DNA of 64,000 bases from Candidatus Tumulicola sp. GTDB taxonomy: Bacteria; Vulcanimicrobiota; Vulcanimicrobiia; Eremiobacterales; Eremiobacteraceae. Made by a program: the position numbers and the translations under genes. The notes under the pieces are model-generated. The model ran no database searches, was not told where the DNA came from, and worked only from the letters and a program-made list of their open reading frames with translations. Location: contig DATNNM010000018.1 of the NCBI GenBank assembly GCA_035601835.1, positions 133,890 through 197,889 of the forward strand, in the 5' to 3' direction. Shown here piece by piece: positions 18,232 through 25,687 of this stretch (the stretch's first letter is position 1; each line of letters opens with the position of its first letter).

Positions 18232-19914
18232 ATGGCGATGCGACAACTCGCGAGCGGCTACCGCGCTCTGTTCGACTATTCTCCGCTTCCCATGTGGGTG
18301 TACGATCGTCAGACCCTGCGCTTCGTAGACGTCAACAGCGAAGCGTTGCGGCACTACGGCTATTCGCTCGAAGAGTTCATGGGGATGACGCTGCTGGACA
18401 TCCGCCCGGCCGAGGACGCCGCGCGTTTGAAACAGCTCCACGAATCGGCGCAGCTTCCCTTCCGGCGAGTCGGCGAATGGCGGCACCGGAAAAAGGACGG
18501 ATCGATCATCTCCGTTTTGGTGACCGCCAACGAGATCGAGTGGAACGGCCGGCCCGCACACGTAGCCGTCATGAACGACGTCACCGCGCAAAGGAGCGCC
18601 GAGCGCGTCGTCAAGGATGCCGAAGAGCAGATCGCCTTCGTCACCAGCCACGATCTTGTCACGGGCCTTCCGAATACGGCGCTCTTCCTAGACCGGCTTC
18701 ATCTCAGCGTCGTCCAGTCCACCCGTTCGCAAGGTCACCTGGCCGTGCTGTCGGTGCACATCGATAAGTTCAGCATCGTCACCGACACACGCGGCCCGGC
18801 CGTTGGCGATTCGGTGCTGCGCGAGCTGGCCAATCGCTTGAGGGGCGCGCTCAAAGAAGGCGACACGCTCGCGCGTCCGGGCGGCGGCGAATTTCTCATC
18901 GTCATTCCCGGTTTGGAGCGCCCTGCCGATGTGGCGGAAACGGCGCAGACGCTGCTCGCCGCCGTCCGAGCTCCCGTCAATAGAGGCGAGAGCCAATACT
19001 TCTTGACCGCCAGCATCGGCATCAGTCTCCATCATAGCGGCGATCCGCATTTGGACCACCTCATTCGGGATGCGGGCGCAGCAGCGACGCAAGTCAGGGG
19101 GGCGGGCGGCGACGGATTTCAGTTCTTCACACCGGAGATCCACGCGGAGGCCGTGCGCCGCCTCTCAATCGAAAGCGAGTTGCGCCAGGCGCTCCAGCAC
19201 GGCCGTTTCGAGCTCGTCTATCAACCCGTGCTCAACTCGACGACCAAGGCCACGGTGGGCGCCGAAGCGCTACTTCGGTGGAACCATCCGACCCGCGGCA
19301 TCATATCGCCGATGGACTTCGTCCCGGTCGCCGAAGCCGCCGGTCTCATCGTGCCGATCGGCACGTGGGTGCTTCGGCAGGCGTTCGCCATGGCCGGTCA
19401 GTGGCAGAGGCAGGGGCGAAAAGACGTCGGCATCGCCGTCAACGTGTCGCCGCGTCAACTCCAGCAGCCGGACTTCCCTAAGGTGGTCGAGGAGGCTATC
19501 GCCGACAGCGGCATCGCCCCGGAGCAATGTATTTTTGAGATCACCGAATCAACGCTTGCCACGGAGGGTGAGTCCAATCGCGTTCGTTTCCTGGCGGACC
19601 TCGGCGTGAGGCTGGCGATCGACGATTTCGGCACGGGCTACAGCTCGCTTGGGTACTTGAAACGTTTCCCGATCTACTCGCTCAAGATCGATAAGTCGTT
19701 CGTCGACAACATCGACACCGACAGCTCCAATCGGGCGATCACGCAGGCCATCATCAAGCTCGCCACGACGTTCGGATTCCATACCGTGGCCGAGGGCGTG
19801 GAGACGCGCGAGCAAGCGCGTATCCTTTCAGAGCTTGGTTGCACGATGATGCAGGGCTACTATTTCGGACGGCCGATGTCGCTGACGTCCTTTTTGGAGA
19901 CGCTTCAGGCTTAG
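18232..19914 (+). CDS. PAS-GGDEF(degenerate)-EAL protein
   Basis: N-terminal PAS. The GGDEF site reads GGGEF. Intact EAL motifs (EALLRW, DDFGTGYSSL, KIDKSFV). Confidence 0.85.
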   Translation: MAMRQLASGYRALFDYSPLPMWVYDRQTLRFVDVNSEALRHYGYSLEEFMGMTLLDIRPAEDAARLKQLHESAQLPFRRVGEWRHRKKDGSIISVLVTANEIEWNGRPAHVAVMNDVTAQRSAERVVKDAEEQIAFVTSHDLVTGLPNTALFLDRLHLSVVQSTRSQGHLAVLSVHIDKFSIVTDTRGPAVGDSVLRELANRLRGALKEGDTLARPGGGEFLIVIPGLERPADVAETAQTLLAAVRAPVNRGESQYFLTASIGISLHHSGDPHLDHLIRDAGAAATQVRGAGGDGFQFFTPEIHAEAVRRLSIESELRQALQHGRFELVYQPVLNSTTKATVGAEALLRWNHPTRGIISPMDFVPVAEAAGLIVPIGTWVLRQAFAMAGQWQRQGRKDVGIAVNVSPRQLQQPDFPKVVEEAIADSGIAPEQCIFEITESTLATEGESNRVRFLADLGVRLAIDDFGTGYSSLGYLKRFPIYSLKIDKSFVDNIDTDSSNRAITQAIIKLATTFGFHTVAEGVETREQARILSELGCTMMQGYYFGRPMSLTSFLETLQA

Positions 19915-19915
19915 C

Positions 19916-20542
19916 TCAGCCGCAACAAGAATCGATCAGCTTGGAGATGGTCTTCGCCTCCCGCCGGTACGCTTCGGCCTCTTCTTTCGCCACCCCGGCG
20001 GGCGTCAGCCATATGTAGGGCAGCGTGTTGTCCGGATGCTTGCGCATCACGCACTGCATAAAATGATACTTCTCGTGCGCTGCGATCAAGGCGCCCAGCT
20101 CCTTGCATGGGAGCGCTTTCTGTGCCGCTTTCAGCGCGTTGTTATCGATCAAGCATGTGACGGGGTTGGTCTTTGCCGTCGCAGAGACGGCCTTGCCGCA
20201 ATCGGGAGCAGCCGGCACCTCCTCGTATAGGTTGTTCTCGGCCTTCTCGTAGGTAGCTTTCTTGCTATTGATCTCATCAAGTTTCGCCTGACGTTGCGCT
20301 TGCGTCAGCTGGTCCATATCGATGAAGTCGACCGCCTTGCCCGAGTCGTCCTTGATCGCCAAATCAGGCAGCTGCGCGATCTTGTCATAACCCACGGCAA
20401 GCGCATTCCGCTGCTTGAGCAGCTGGAAGAGGCATTTCAGGTGCTGGCACGGACAGCTCTCGGCCGCGCCCGCGGGCATGACGGCGAGCACGGACGCAAT
20501 GGCAAGAAGAACCAGAGAGTACCAAAGCCTTGGTGTAGTCAT
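19916..20542 (-). CDS. Secreted Cys-rich protein of unknown function with an HExxH motif
   Basis: Signal peptide (LLAIASVLAVMPAGAAE), multiple Cys, and AAHEKYHFMQC. Confidence 0.5.
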   Translation of the reverse strand: MTTPRLWYSLVLLAIASVLAVMPAGAAESCPCQHLKCLFQLLKQRNALAVGYDKIAQLPDLAIKDDSGKAVDFIDMDQLTQAQRQAKLDEINSKKATYEKAENNLYEEVPAAPDCGKAVSATAKTNPVTCLIDNNALKAAQKALPCKELGALIAAHEKYHFMQCVMRKHPDNTLPYIWLTPAGVAKEEAEAYRREAKTISKLIDSCCG

Positions 20543-20557
20543 GATGCACCCAGTCGA

Positions 20558-20599
20558 AGCGGGAGACGGGTCTCGAACCCGCGACCCTCAGCTTGGGAA
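20558..20599 (-). repeat. 42-bp duplicate of the tRNA-Gly(CCC) 3' part (distal att repeat)
   Basis: Identical by eye to 22972..23013 (agcgggagacgggtctcgaacccgcgaccctcagcttgggaa). Confidence 0.85.
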
Positions 20600-20794
20600 T
20601 TTGATTCAACGATATTCCGCCGACATCCGCCAACATGTGCCAACACCCGCCCTGCGTGGCTTTGGCGGCAATCCGGATTCCGCCGACATCCGCCAACGTA
20701 CGCTGAGATTCGCCCATCAGGCTACAGTATGGCTACAGTTGGGGGATGGCAACTTTCAGCGCTTTTCTCTGCGCACAGCTCCGTTAGGCGCGAA

Positions 20795-21385
20795 CTATTT
20801 GGCGCCTAATAGGGACTCAAGTTCATGCTGTGTCACCTCGCGTGCAGCCTGTCCGAACAACCAGACGCCGTCCAGGATGAAAAGGGTGAAGGCCAGCGTG
20901 CCAAAGCTTAAGACGAGACTTGGGAACAAACCGCTCCCAAGAGCATGTTGATTAATCAGGAATGCGCCTATCAATAAAGGGGTCAGCCCGGCGAGCAACA
21001 CGAGGCTGTGCATACGAAACCGCCCGCGCAGCACTGGACCGAACTCGCTTTCCACAAACTTACCAGTAAAGGAATAGGGATTGAAAAGCAGCCTCCTACC
21101 TCCGCCAAGAAGCAGCGGGCCGGTCGCAGGGTAAAACAAGACGGAAATGTGATCCGGTTGTACTTCTCCCACGAAGCCCCCGGTCGCGCCGAAATAGTCG
21201 AAGTAGTCGCGTGTAGCCGAACGCAGCCGCTGAAATCCTACTTGCTCACCGCATGGGCACTGAAGGCGCATTTCGGCCGAGCCCCAAAACGGCGACAGAA
21301 CTTGTCTAAAGAACGAAAGCAGCGACCTGTCGCAAGGAAGGCCCATCTCCATCGGCCCGGGATTCAAGAAAAACCGCGCCCACAC
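20795..21385 (-). CDS. Hypothetical membrane protein (island cargo)
   Basis: 196-aa ORF with two C-terminal hydrophobic helices; no recognisable motif. Confidence 0.4.
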   Translation of the reverse strand: MWARFFLNPGPMEMGLPCDRSLLSFFRQVLSPFWGSAEMRLQCPCGEQVGFQRLRSATRDYFDYFGATGGFVGEVQPDHISVLFYPATGPLLLGGGRRLLFNPYSFTGKFVESEFGPVLRGRFRMHSLVLLAGLTPLLIGAFLINQHALGSGLFPSLVLSFGTLAFTLFILDGVWLFGQAAREVTQHELESLLGAK

Positions 21386-21680
21386 CCTCCAGGGTCAACT
21401 AAACAACACCCGCGCCCAACGCAACAAAGCGAGGCCGTGAGTTGCGAATCCGATTGTCAGGAGCAGTTGTGCGGTAGGGCCACGGAGCGTGGTGATTGCG
21501 TTGGATTCGCGGCAGCTGTACTCGCGAAAAGGTCTAACCAGCTTCTATCTCATGGGATCTCGGTCGAGCGGCCTGAATGTGGCACCGCTGTTGATCGGCG
21601 GTAACCGGCAAATGCCGTTTCAGCCTTGGTCAGTAACGTAGTCAACATGCATCTAGTCTACCGTGTGTAGTTTATACGGC

Positions 21681-22157
21681 TTAGTCCTTAAATGCAAAGG
21701 TAAGACTGTCGAAAGCCCAGCCTCTTCCGTTGTTGATGATCTCGACGGCAATGATCGCTGGCTGCTTTGTGCATTGCGCCTGAAACTTGAAGCGCGCGAT
21801 TTTGCTGGCGGTCAAGGTAAAATAGTCATACTTAAAGCTTTGATTACTCGTCATAAGCTGAAAGCTTCTTGCTTCGCCAAAGAGGCTATGGAATTGCCCA
21901 ATTACCTTTCGCGCCCGTTCCGGTGTATTCAGGGGTGGTGGCAGCGCCGTCATGCGGGCGAGCTGGGCGCCATCTCCAGCGACGAACGCCGTCCTGAGTA
22001 CGGACTCTGCAAAATCTCGGGCGTCTTGAGGGGGGGTGGTCACAGTGCATCCCTGGCATATCAGCACGCTCGCAGCTGCTAGCGCAGATGCCAACCGAAT
22101 CCGGAAGTCGTGATTTCTGGTAATTCTCAAGTCACCCAATTGAATCGAGAACAGCAA
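21681..22157 (-). CDS. Hypothetical lipoprotein (island cargo)
   Basis: 158-aa ORF in AT-richer DNA with a lipobox-like LICQGC after a hydrophobic stretch. Confidence 0.4.
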   Translation of the reverse strand: MLFSIQLGDLRITRNHDFRIRLASALAAASVLICQGCTVTTPPQDARDFAESVLRTAFVAGDGAQLARMTALPPPLNTPERARKVIGQFHSLFGEARSFQLMTSNQSFKYDYFTLTASKIARFKFQAQCTKQPAIIAVEIINNGRGWAFDSLTFAFKD

Positions 22158-22682
22158 TAGAGAGCCATTAGGTACCCGTCACAGGAGGAGCGCCCCAGAT
22201 GCTATCGGAGCCGACCTGACCAAAATGTACCAGTAATCCCAAATCCCCACAGGGGCCATGCAACCCCAACCTCCTGGGCAACATGGTTATTGCTGTCGAA
22301 AGTCAGCCCCTCGTTTAAGCCATAGACGGTCGCATTGACGTTCTTCGTGGTGTCGCTATCCAAGATGGCCTGCGCCGAGTTATTCTCTAATCCCGTAAAT
22401 CCATACACTCCAGACGCACCGGGTTCAAGCGTCAATCCGCTAAAACTGAGGTAGGTAGATGCTGTATCAACATTCAAAGAGACGGTAGCAACGACTCCAA
22501 AACCCACCGAGAGGCTTTGGTAGTTCGGTATCCGCTGGCCTGTTAAGAGCAAAACTGCGCAGCGCCAGCACGCATCGGCCAGCACCCGAGTGGCGAATAA
22601 GGATCGATCTATCCAGTTACCGCTCCCCGTTGCGCCGTTCTGATTCGTGAGGGCACCGCCTCCGGGCATTTGACTAGAAGGG

Positions 22683-22868
22683 GTGCTTCGGCACACCGCC
22701 GCAACGCTGATGCTGTCGCAGGGCATACACCCGAAGGTCGTCCAGGAGCGGCTTGGACATGCGAGTATCGCCCTCACGTTGGATACGTATTCGCATAGCA
22801 TTCCAACGTTGCAACGAGACGCCGCCGTCAAGATGGACGAGCTGCTTGGAGCTGCCTGTGAGGCCTGA
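22683..22868 (+). pseudogene. Tyrosine recombinase (phage-type integrase), C-terminal fragment only
   Basis: LRHTAATLMLSQGIHPKVVQERLGHASIALTLDTYSH covers box II and the catalytic Tyr. An in-frame TGA lies at 22671..22673, and no N-terminal part is present upstream. Confidence 0.8.
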
Positions 22869-22922
22869 ATTGGGGAGATTGGCTACAATTAGGCTACAGT
22901 AGGCTCTTTCTGCTAGAGCTCC

Positions 22923-22969
22923 AAAAAAATAAAACCCTTGCAAAGCCTTGTACTGCAAGGGTTTTGATT
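22923..22969. terminator. Bidirectional intrinsic terminator between the integrase remnant and tRNA-Gly
   Basis: 12-bp stem AAAACCCTTGCA/TGCAAGGGTTTT (22931..22965), flanked by an A-run and a T-run. Confidence 0.6.
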
Positions 22970-23044
22970 GGAGCGGGAGACGGGTCTCGAACCCGCGACC
23001 CTCAGCTTGGGAAGCTGATGCTCTACCAATTGAGCTACTCCCGC
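22969..23044 (-). tRNA. tRNA-Gly (anticodon CCC), CCA encoded
   Basis: Manual cloverleaf: GCGGGAG acceptor, anticodon loop UUCCCAA, T-arm GCGGG-TTCGAGA-CCCGT. Confidence 0.9.
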
Positions 23045-23066
23045 TCGGAGAGTTCGCGTTCGTCGG

Positions 23067-24047
23067 TTAGAGGAACGCCTCCCGCCACGCGGCGACCTCC
23101 TCGGACGTCACGTTGCCGCCGCATAGCAGCACGGCAGTTGTGCCGGCGGCCGCGCGGGGTATTCGGCCCAAACGAAGCGCGGCATTGCAACACGACGCCG
23201 CCGGTTCCACGCTCACGTTGAGTTGATCTTGGATCTCGAGAATCGAGCGCACCGCTTCCGCATCTGATACCACGACGACGTCTTCCGCCAGCGCCTTCGT
23301 GGCGGCCAGCGTCGTATCGCTGACGCTTGGTGCGCCGAGCGTACGGGCGATGGAGGTGATCGCGGGCAAGGTGACGGGCCAGCCTGCGTCCAGCGCCTTG
23401 CGCATCGCATCAGCGCCTTCCGTCTCGACGCCGTAGATCTTGACCTCCGGGCGCATCGCTTTGACGACCGATGCGATGCCGGAGATCAAGCCGCCGCCGC
23501 CGATCGAGATCACGAGCGTTGCGAGGTCGGGCAGGTCCTCGAGCAATTCCAAGCCGATCGTGCCTTGCCCGGCCATCACGTGCTCGTTGTCGAACGGATG
23601 GATCAAGGCCTGACCGTCAGCTTGTCGCTCGTGCGCCGTCTTGAACGCCTCGGCGATAGTGGCGGTGAGCACCACCTCGGCGCCGTCGGCGCGGGCGCGC
23701 TCCACCACAAAAGGCGGCGTGGTTTGCGGCATGAGCACGGTCGCGTGAATGCCCAGCCGTTTGCCGACATGGGCGATCGCGAGCCCGTGGTTGCCGCCGC
23801 TCACACCGACGATGCCGCGTTCGCGCGCAGCGGCATCCAGTTGCAGCGCGGCGTTGAACGCGCCGCGTGGCTTGAACGAGCCGGTGACTTGCTGAAACTC
23901 GAATTTGTACGCGGTGCCGCCGGCGGCAACCGTAGGAGTACGGCGCACGTAGTTCGCGATGCGCTGTCGCGCGGCGCGTGCGATCTCGGGCGTTGGCAGC
24001 GGAAGCACGCGGGTGTGGTTGGAGGTCGCCGGAGCAAAGTCCGGCAT
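23067..24047 (-). CDS. PLP-dependent threonine/serine dehydratase family enzyme
   Basis: PLP-lysine motif GSFKPRGA and the glycine loop SGGNHG. Confidence 0.8.
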   Translation of the reverse strand: MPDFAPATSNHTRVLPLPTPEIARAARQRIANYVRRTPTVAAGGTAYKFEFQQVTGSFKPRGAFNAALQLDAAARERGIVGVSGGNHGLAIAHVGKRLGIHATVLMPQTTPPFVVERARADGAEVVLTATIAEAFKTAHERQADGQALIHPFDNEHVMAGQGTIGLELLEDLPDLATLVISIGGGGLISGIASVVKAMRPEVKIYGVETEGADAMRKALDAGWPVTLPAITSIARTLGAPSVSDTTLAATKALAEDVVVVSDAEAVRSILEIQDQLNVSVEPAASCCNAALRLGRIPRAAAGTTAVLLCGGNVTSEEVAAWREAFL

Positions 24048-24081
24048 GCCCCACGCATGACATTAATGAAAGGGCACTAGG

Positions 24082-24145
24082 GTGTGGAGCAGGACCTTCA
24101 GGTCCTGCTAACCCGGGGTGTGGAGCGCGACCTTTAGGTCGCGCT
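24082..24145 (+). repeat. Two REP-like hairpin units
   Basis: GTGTGGAG-CAGGACC-TTCA-GGTCCTG and GTGTGGAG-CGCGACC-TTTA-GGTCGCG, in the gap between two minus-strand genes. Confidence 0.6.
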
Positions 24146-24149
24146 CGTG

Positions 24150-25022
24150 TTATTTTGGTGGCGGGACGATGTCGTAGTTCATCGCGGCCAGATCGAGGTT
24201 GCCGTGCCCGGCCTCGATCTGCCTTTGCAGCTTCTTCCGGATCGCTTCAAGCGCGGGGAGGGGCAGCCCGCCCAGCGCCGCAGCCTCGATCATCAAGCGC
24301 ACGTCTTTTTCCACCATGGCCAGCGTGAACGACGGAGCATAGTCCCCCTTGGCCATGCGCGCGCCGCGCAACTTGATCGTGCCGCTCGGATCGAACTGAT
24401 CGAAAAAACCGAAAGCGCGCTGCGCGTCGATGCCGCATCCTTTGGCGATGGTGTAGAACTCGTTGAGCGCGGACGTTATGCCGACGAGCATCGAGTTCCC
24501 CATGAGCTTGAACGCGTTGGCTTCGGAATTGTCCTCTGAGATGTACCAGTGGCGTTCGATGATCTGATGCAGCGTCGCAGCATCGCCGTCATACGCGGCC
24601 TTATCGCCGGCCACGAGCATCAGGCCCTCTCCCTTGCCGACATTTGCAGGCGATCCGAAGACCGGCGCGCTTAGGAACGAATGACCGAGCGACTTCAGTC
24701 GCGCCGCACGCGCTCGCGCCCCGGCGACCGAGACCGTCGAATGATCCACGATGAGCGCCTTGGTTTGTCCGGCTTGAGTGGAGCGCAGCGCCGCATCGAG
24801 CGCGGCTTCGACCGCTGCGTCATCTGCGAGCATCAGGTGAATCGCGCCGGCGCTGGCCGCCGCCTCGGCCGGCGTTGCGCACGCAGTGCCCCCATCTCGC
24901 GCCCACGCTTGCGCCTTAGAAAGAGTCCTGTTCCACACGCGCACGTCGTGGCCCGCGCTGCGCAAGCGCGCTGCCATCGGGGCACCCATCATGCCCATGC
25001 CGAAAAATGCGATCGTCGCCAT
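24150..25022 (-). CDS. NAD(P)-dependent oxidoreductase, 3-hydroxyisobutyrate/6-phosphogluconate dehydrogenase family
   Basis: N-terminal Rossmann motif IAFFGMGMMGAPMAARL; 290 aa. Confidence 0.85.
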   Translation of the reverse strand: MATIAFFGMGMMGAPMAARLRSAGHDVRVWNRTLSKAQAWARDGGTACATPAEAAASAGAIHLMLADDAAVEAALDAALRSTQAGQTKALIVDHSTVSVAGARARAARLKSLGHSFLSAPVFGSPANVGKGEGLMLVAGDKAAYDGDAATLHQIIERHWYISEDNSEANAFKLMGNSMLVGITSALNEFYTIAKGCGIDAQRAFGFFDQFDPSGTIKLRGARMAKGDYAPSFTLAMVEKDVRLMIEAAALGGLPLPALEAIRKKLQRQIEAGHGNLDLAAMNYDIVPPPK

Positions 25023-25340
25023 CTACTGCTCGCCTCCCTTAGGCCCATAGAACACGACCCACGTGCCGAAGTCGTCGCTGAAGTCCTCAAAACGATGCAC
25101 TGCCCGCGCTGCGATGAAAATCGCGTCGCCCGGACCTACCTGAACCCGCCCGTCGGGCGTCACGAACCAGCCTGAGCCGCGATCGACGATATACAACTCG
25201 TCTTGTTCGTGGGGCTGCTGCGTATCGGTTCCACGGGGTACGTAGTACATGACCGAGGCCGATCCGCGCGCTAAGAGCAGCGCGGCGTCGCCCGCCACGC
25301 GCGGATGATCCGCCGCTTTCGCGACAATGCTTGTTTCCAT
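25023..25340 (-). CDS. Cupin-domain protein
   Basis: 105 aa with a cupin-like pattern (HEQDELYIV...GDAIFIAARAVHRF). Confidence 0.65.
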   Translation of the reverse strand: METSIVAKAADHPRVAGDAALLLARGSASVMYYVPRGTDTQQPHEQDELYIVDRGSGWFVTPDGRVQVGPGDAIFIAARAVHRFEDFSDDFGTWVVFYGPKGGEQ

Positions 25341-25399
25341 GCGACTCCGGAGAAGGGCCGAGGCCCGGGCTTAAGGGCCAGGGCCTCGGGTTCCGAGTA

Positions 25400-25472
25400 T
25401 GCCGAGAGCCAGAATCGAACTGGCGACACCAGGTTTTTCAGACCTGTGCTCTACCAACTGAGCTATCTCGGC
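25400..25472 (-). tRNA. tRNA-Phe (anticodon GAA), CCA not encoded
   Basis: Manual cloverleaf: GCCGAGA acceptor, anticodon loop CUGAAAA, T-arm GCCAG-TTCGATT-CTGGC. Confidence 0.9.
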
Positions 25473-25687
25473 CGGCGTTTTTAGTAGCGCACGGGCATGC
25501 GAAGGGCCCTTTTTCTTGGCGCCGCCCCGCCCGGCCTCTCTAATCTTTCCCTGAAAAATGGCGGGGGTCGCCTAACAAATCCTCGGGGGTTTCTCGCCCG
25601 GCTTTGAGAACCAACGGCTCATTCCAGTGGTCTGCACGCTGTTGCGTGCAGCGCTGAACGCTATTTTTCAGGGCGAGGAGTCAGCCG

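Larger units (their letters stand above)
20558..23013. mobile_element. Decayed integrative island at tRNA-Gly(CCC)
   Basis: Bounded by the 42-bp direct repeat. Contains a truncated tyrosine-recombinase gene next to the tRNA. It is more AT-rich than its flanks and holds only orphan ORFs. Confidence 0.65.

Noticed and set aside
18226-18234. Other same-frame adjacent ORF pairs considered as further Sec candidates: Lrp/GGDEF-EAL here, and cupin/oxidoreductase at 25020..25025.
   Set aside because: The separating stop codons are TAG, not TGA. The flanking proteins are complete, unrelated domains, so these are ordinary adjacent genes.
22202-22831. 209-aa minus-strand ORF in the tRNA-Gly island.
   Set aside because: Its 5' third is antisense to the integrase remnant, and no motif is recognisable. 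The 3' part (about 22202..22660) might be a real orphan gene or a fragment, but I cannot support a call.
25473-25687. A riboswitch (for example cobalamin) in the 215-nt leader of the TonB-dependent receptor.
   Set aside because: I found no B12-box-like element or other riboswitch core I recognise. The only feature is a simple 8-bp hairpin (25632..25651). This cannot be excluded without a covariance-model scan.
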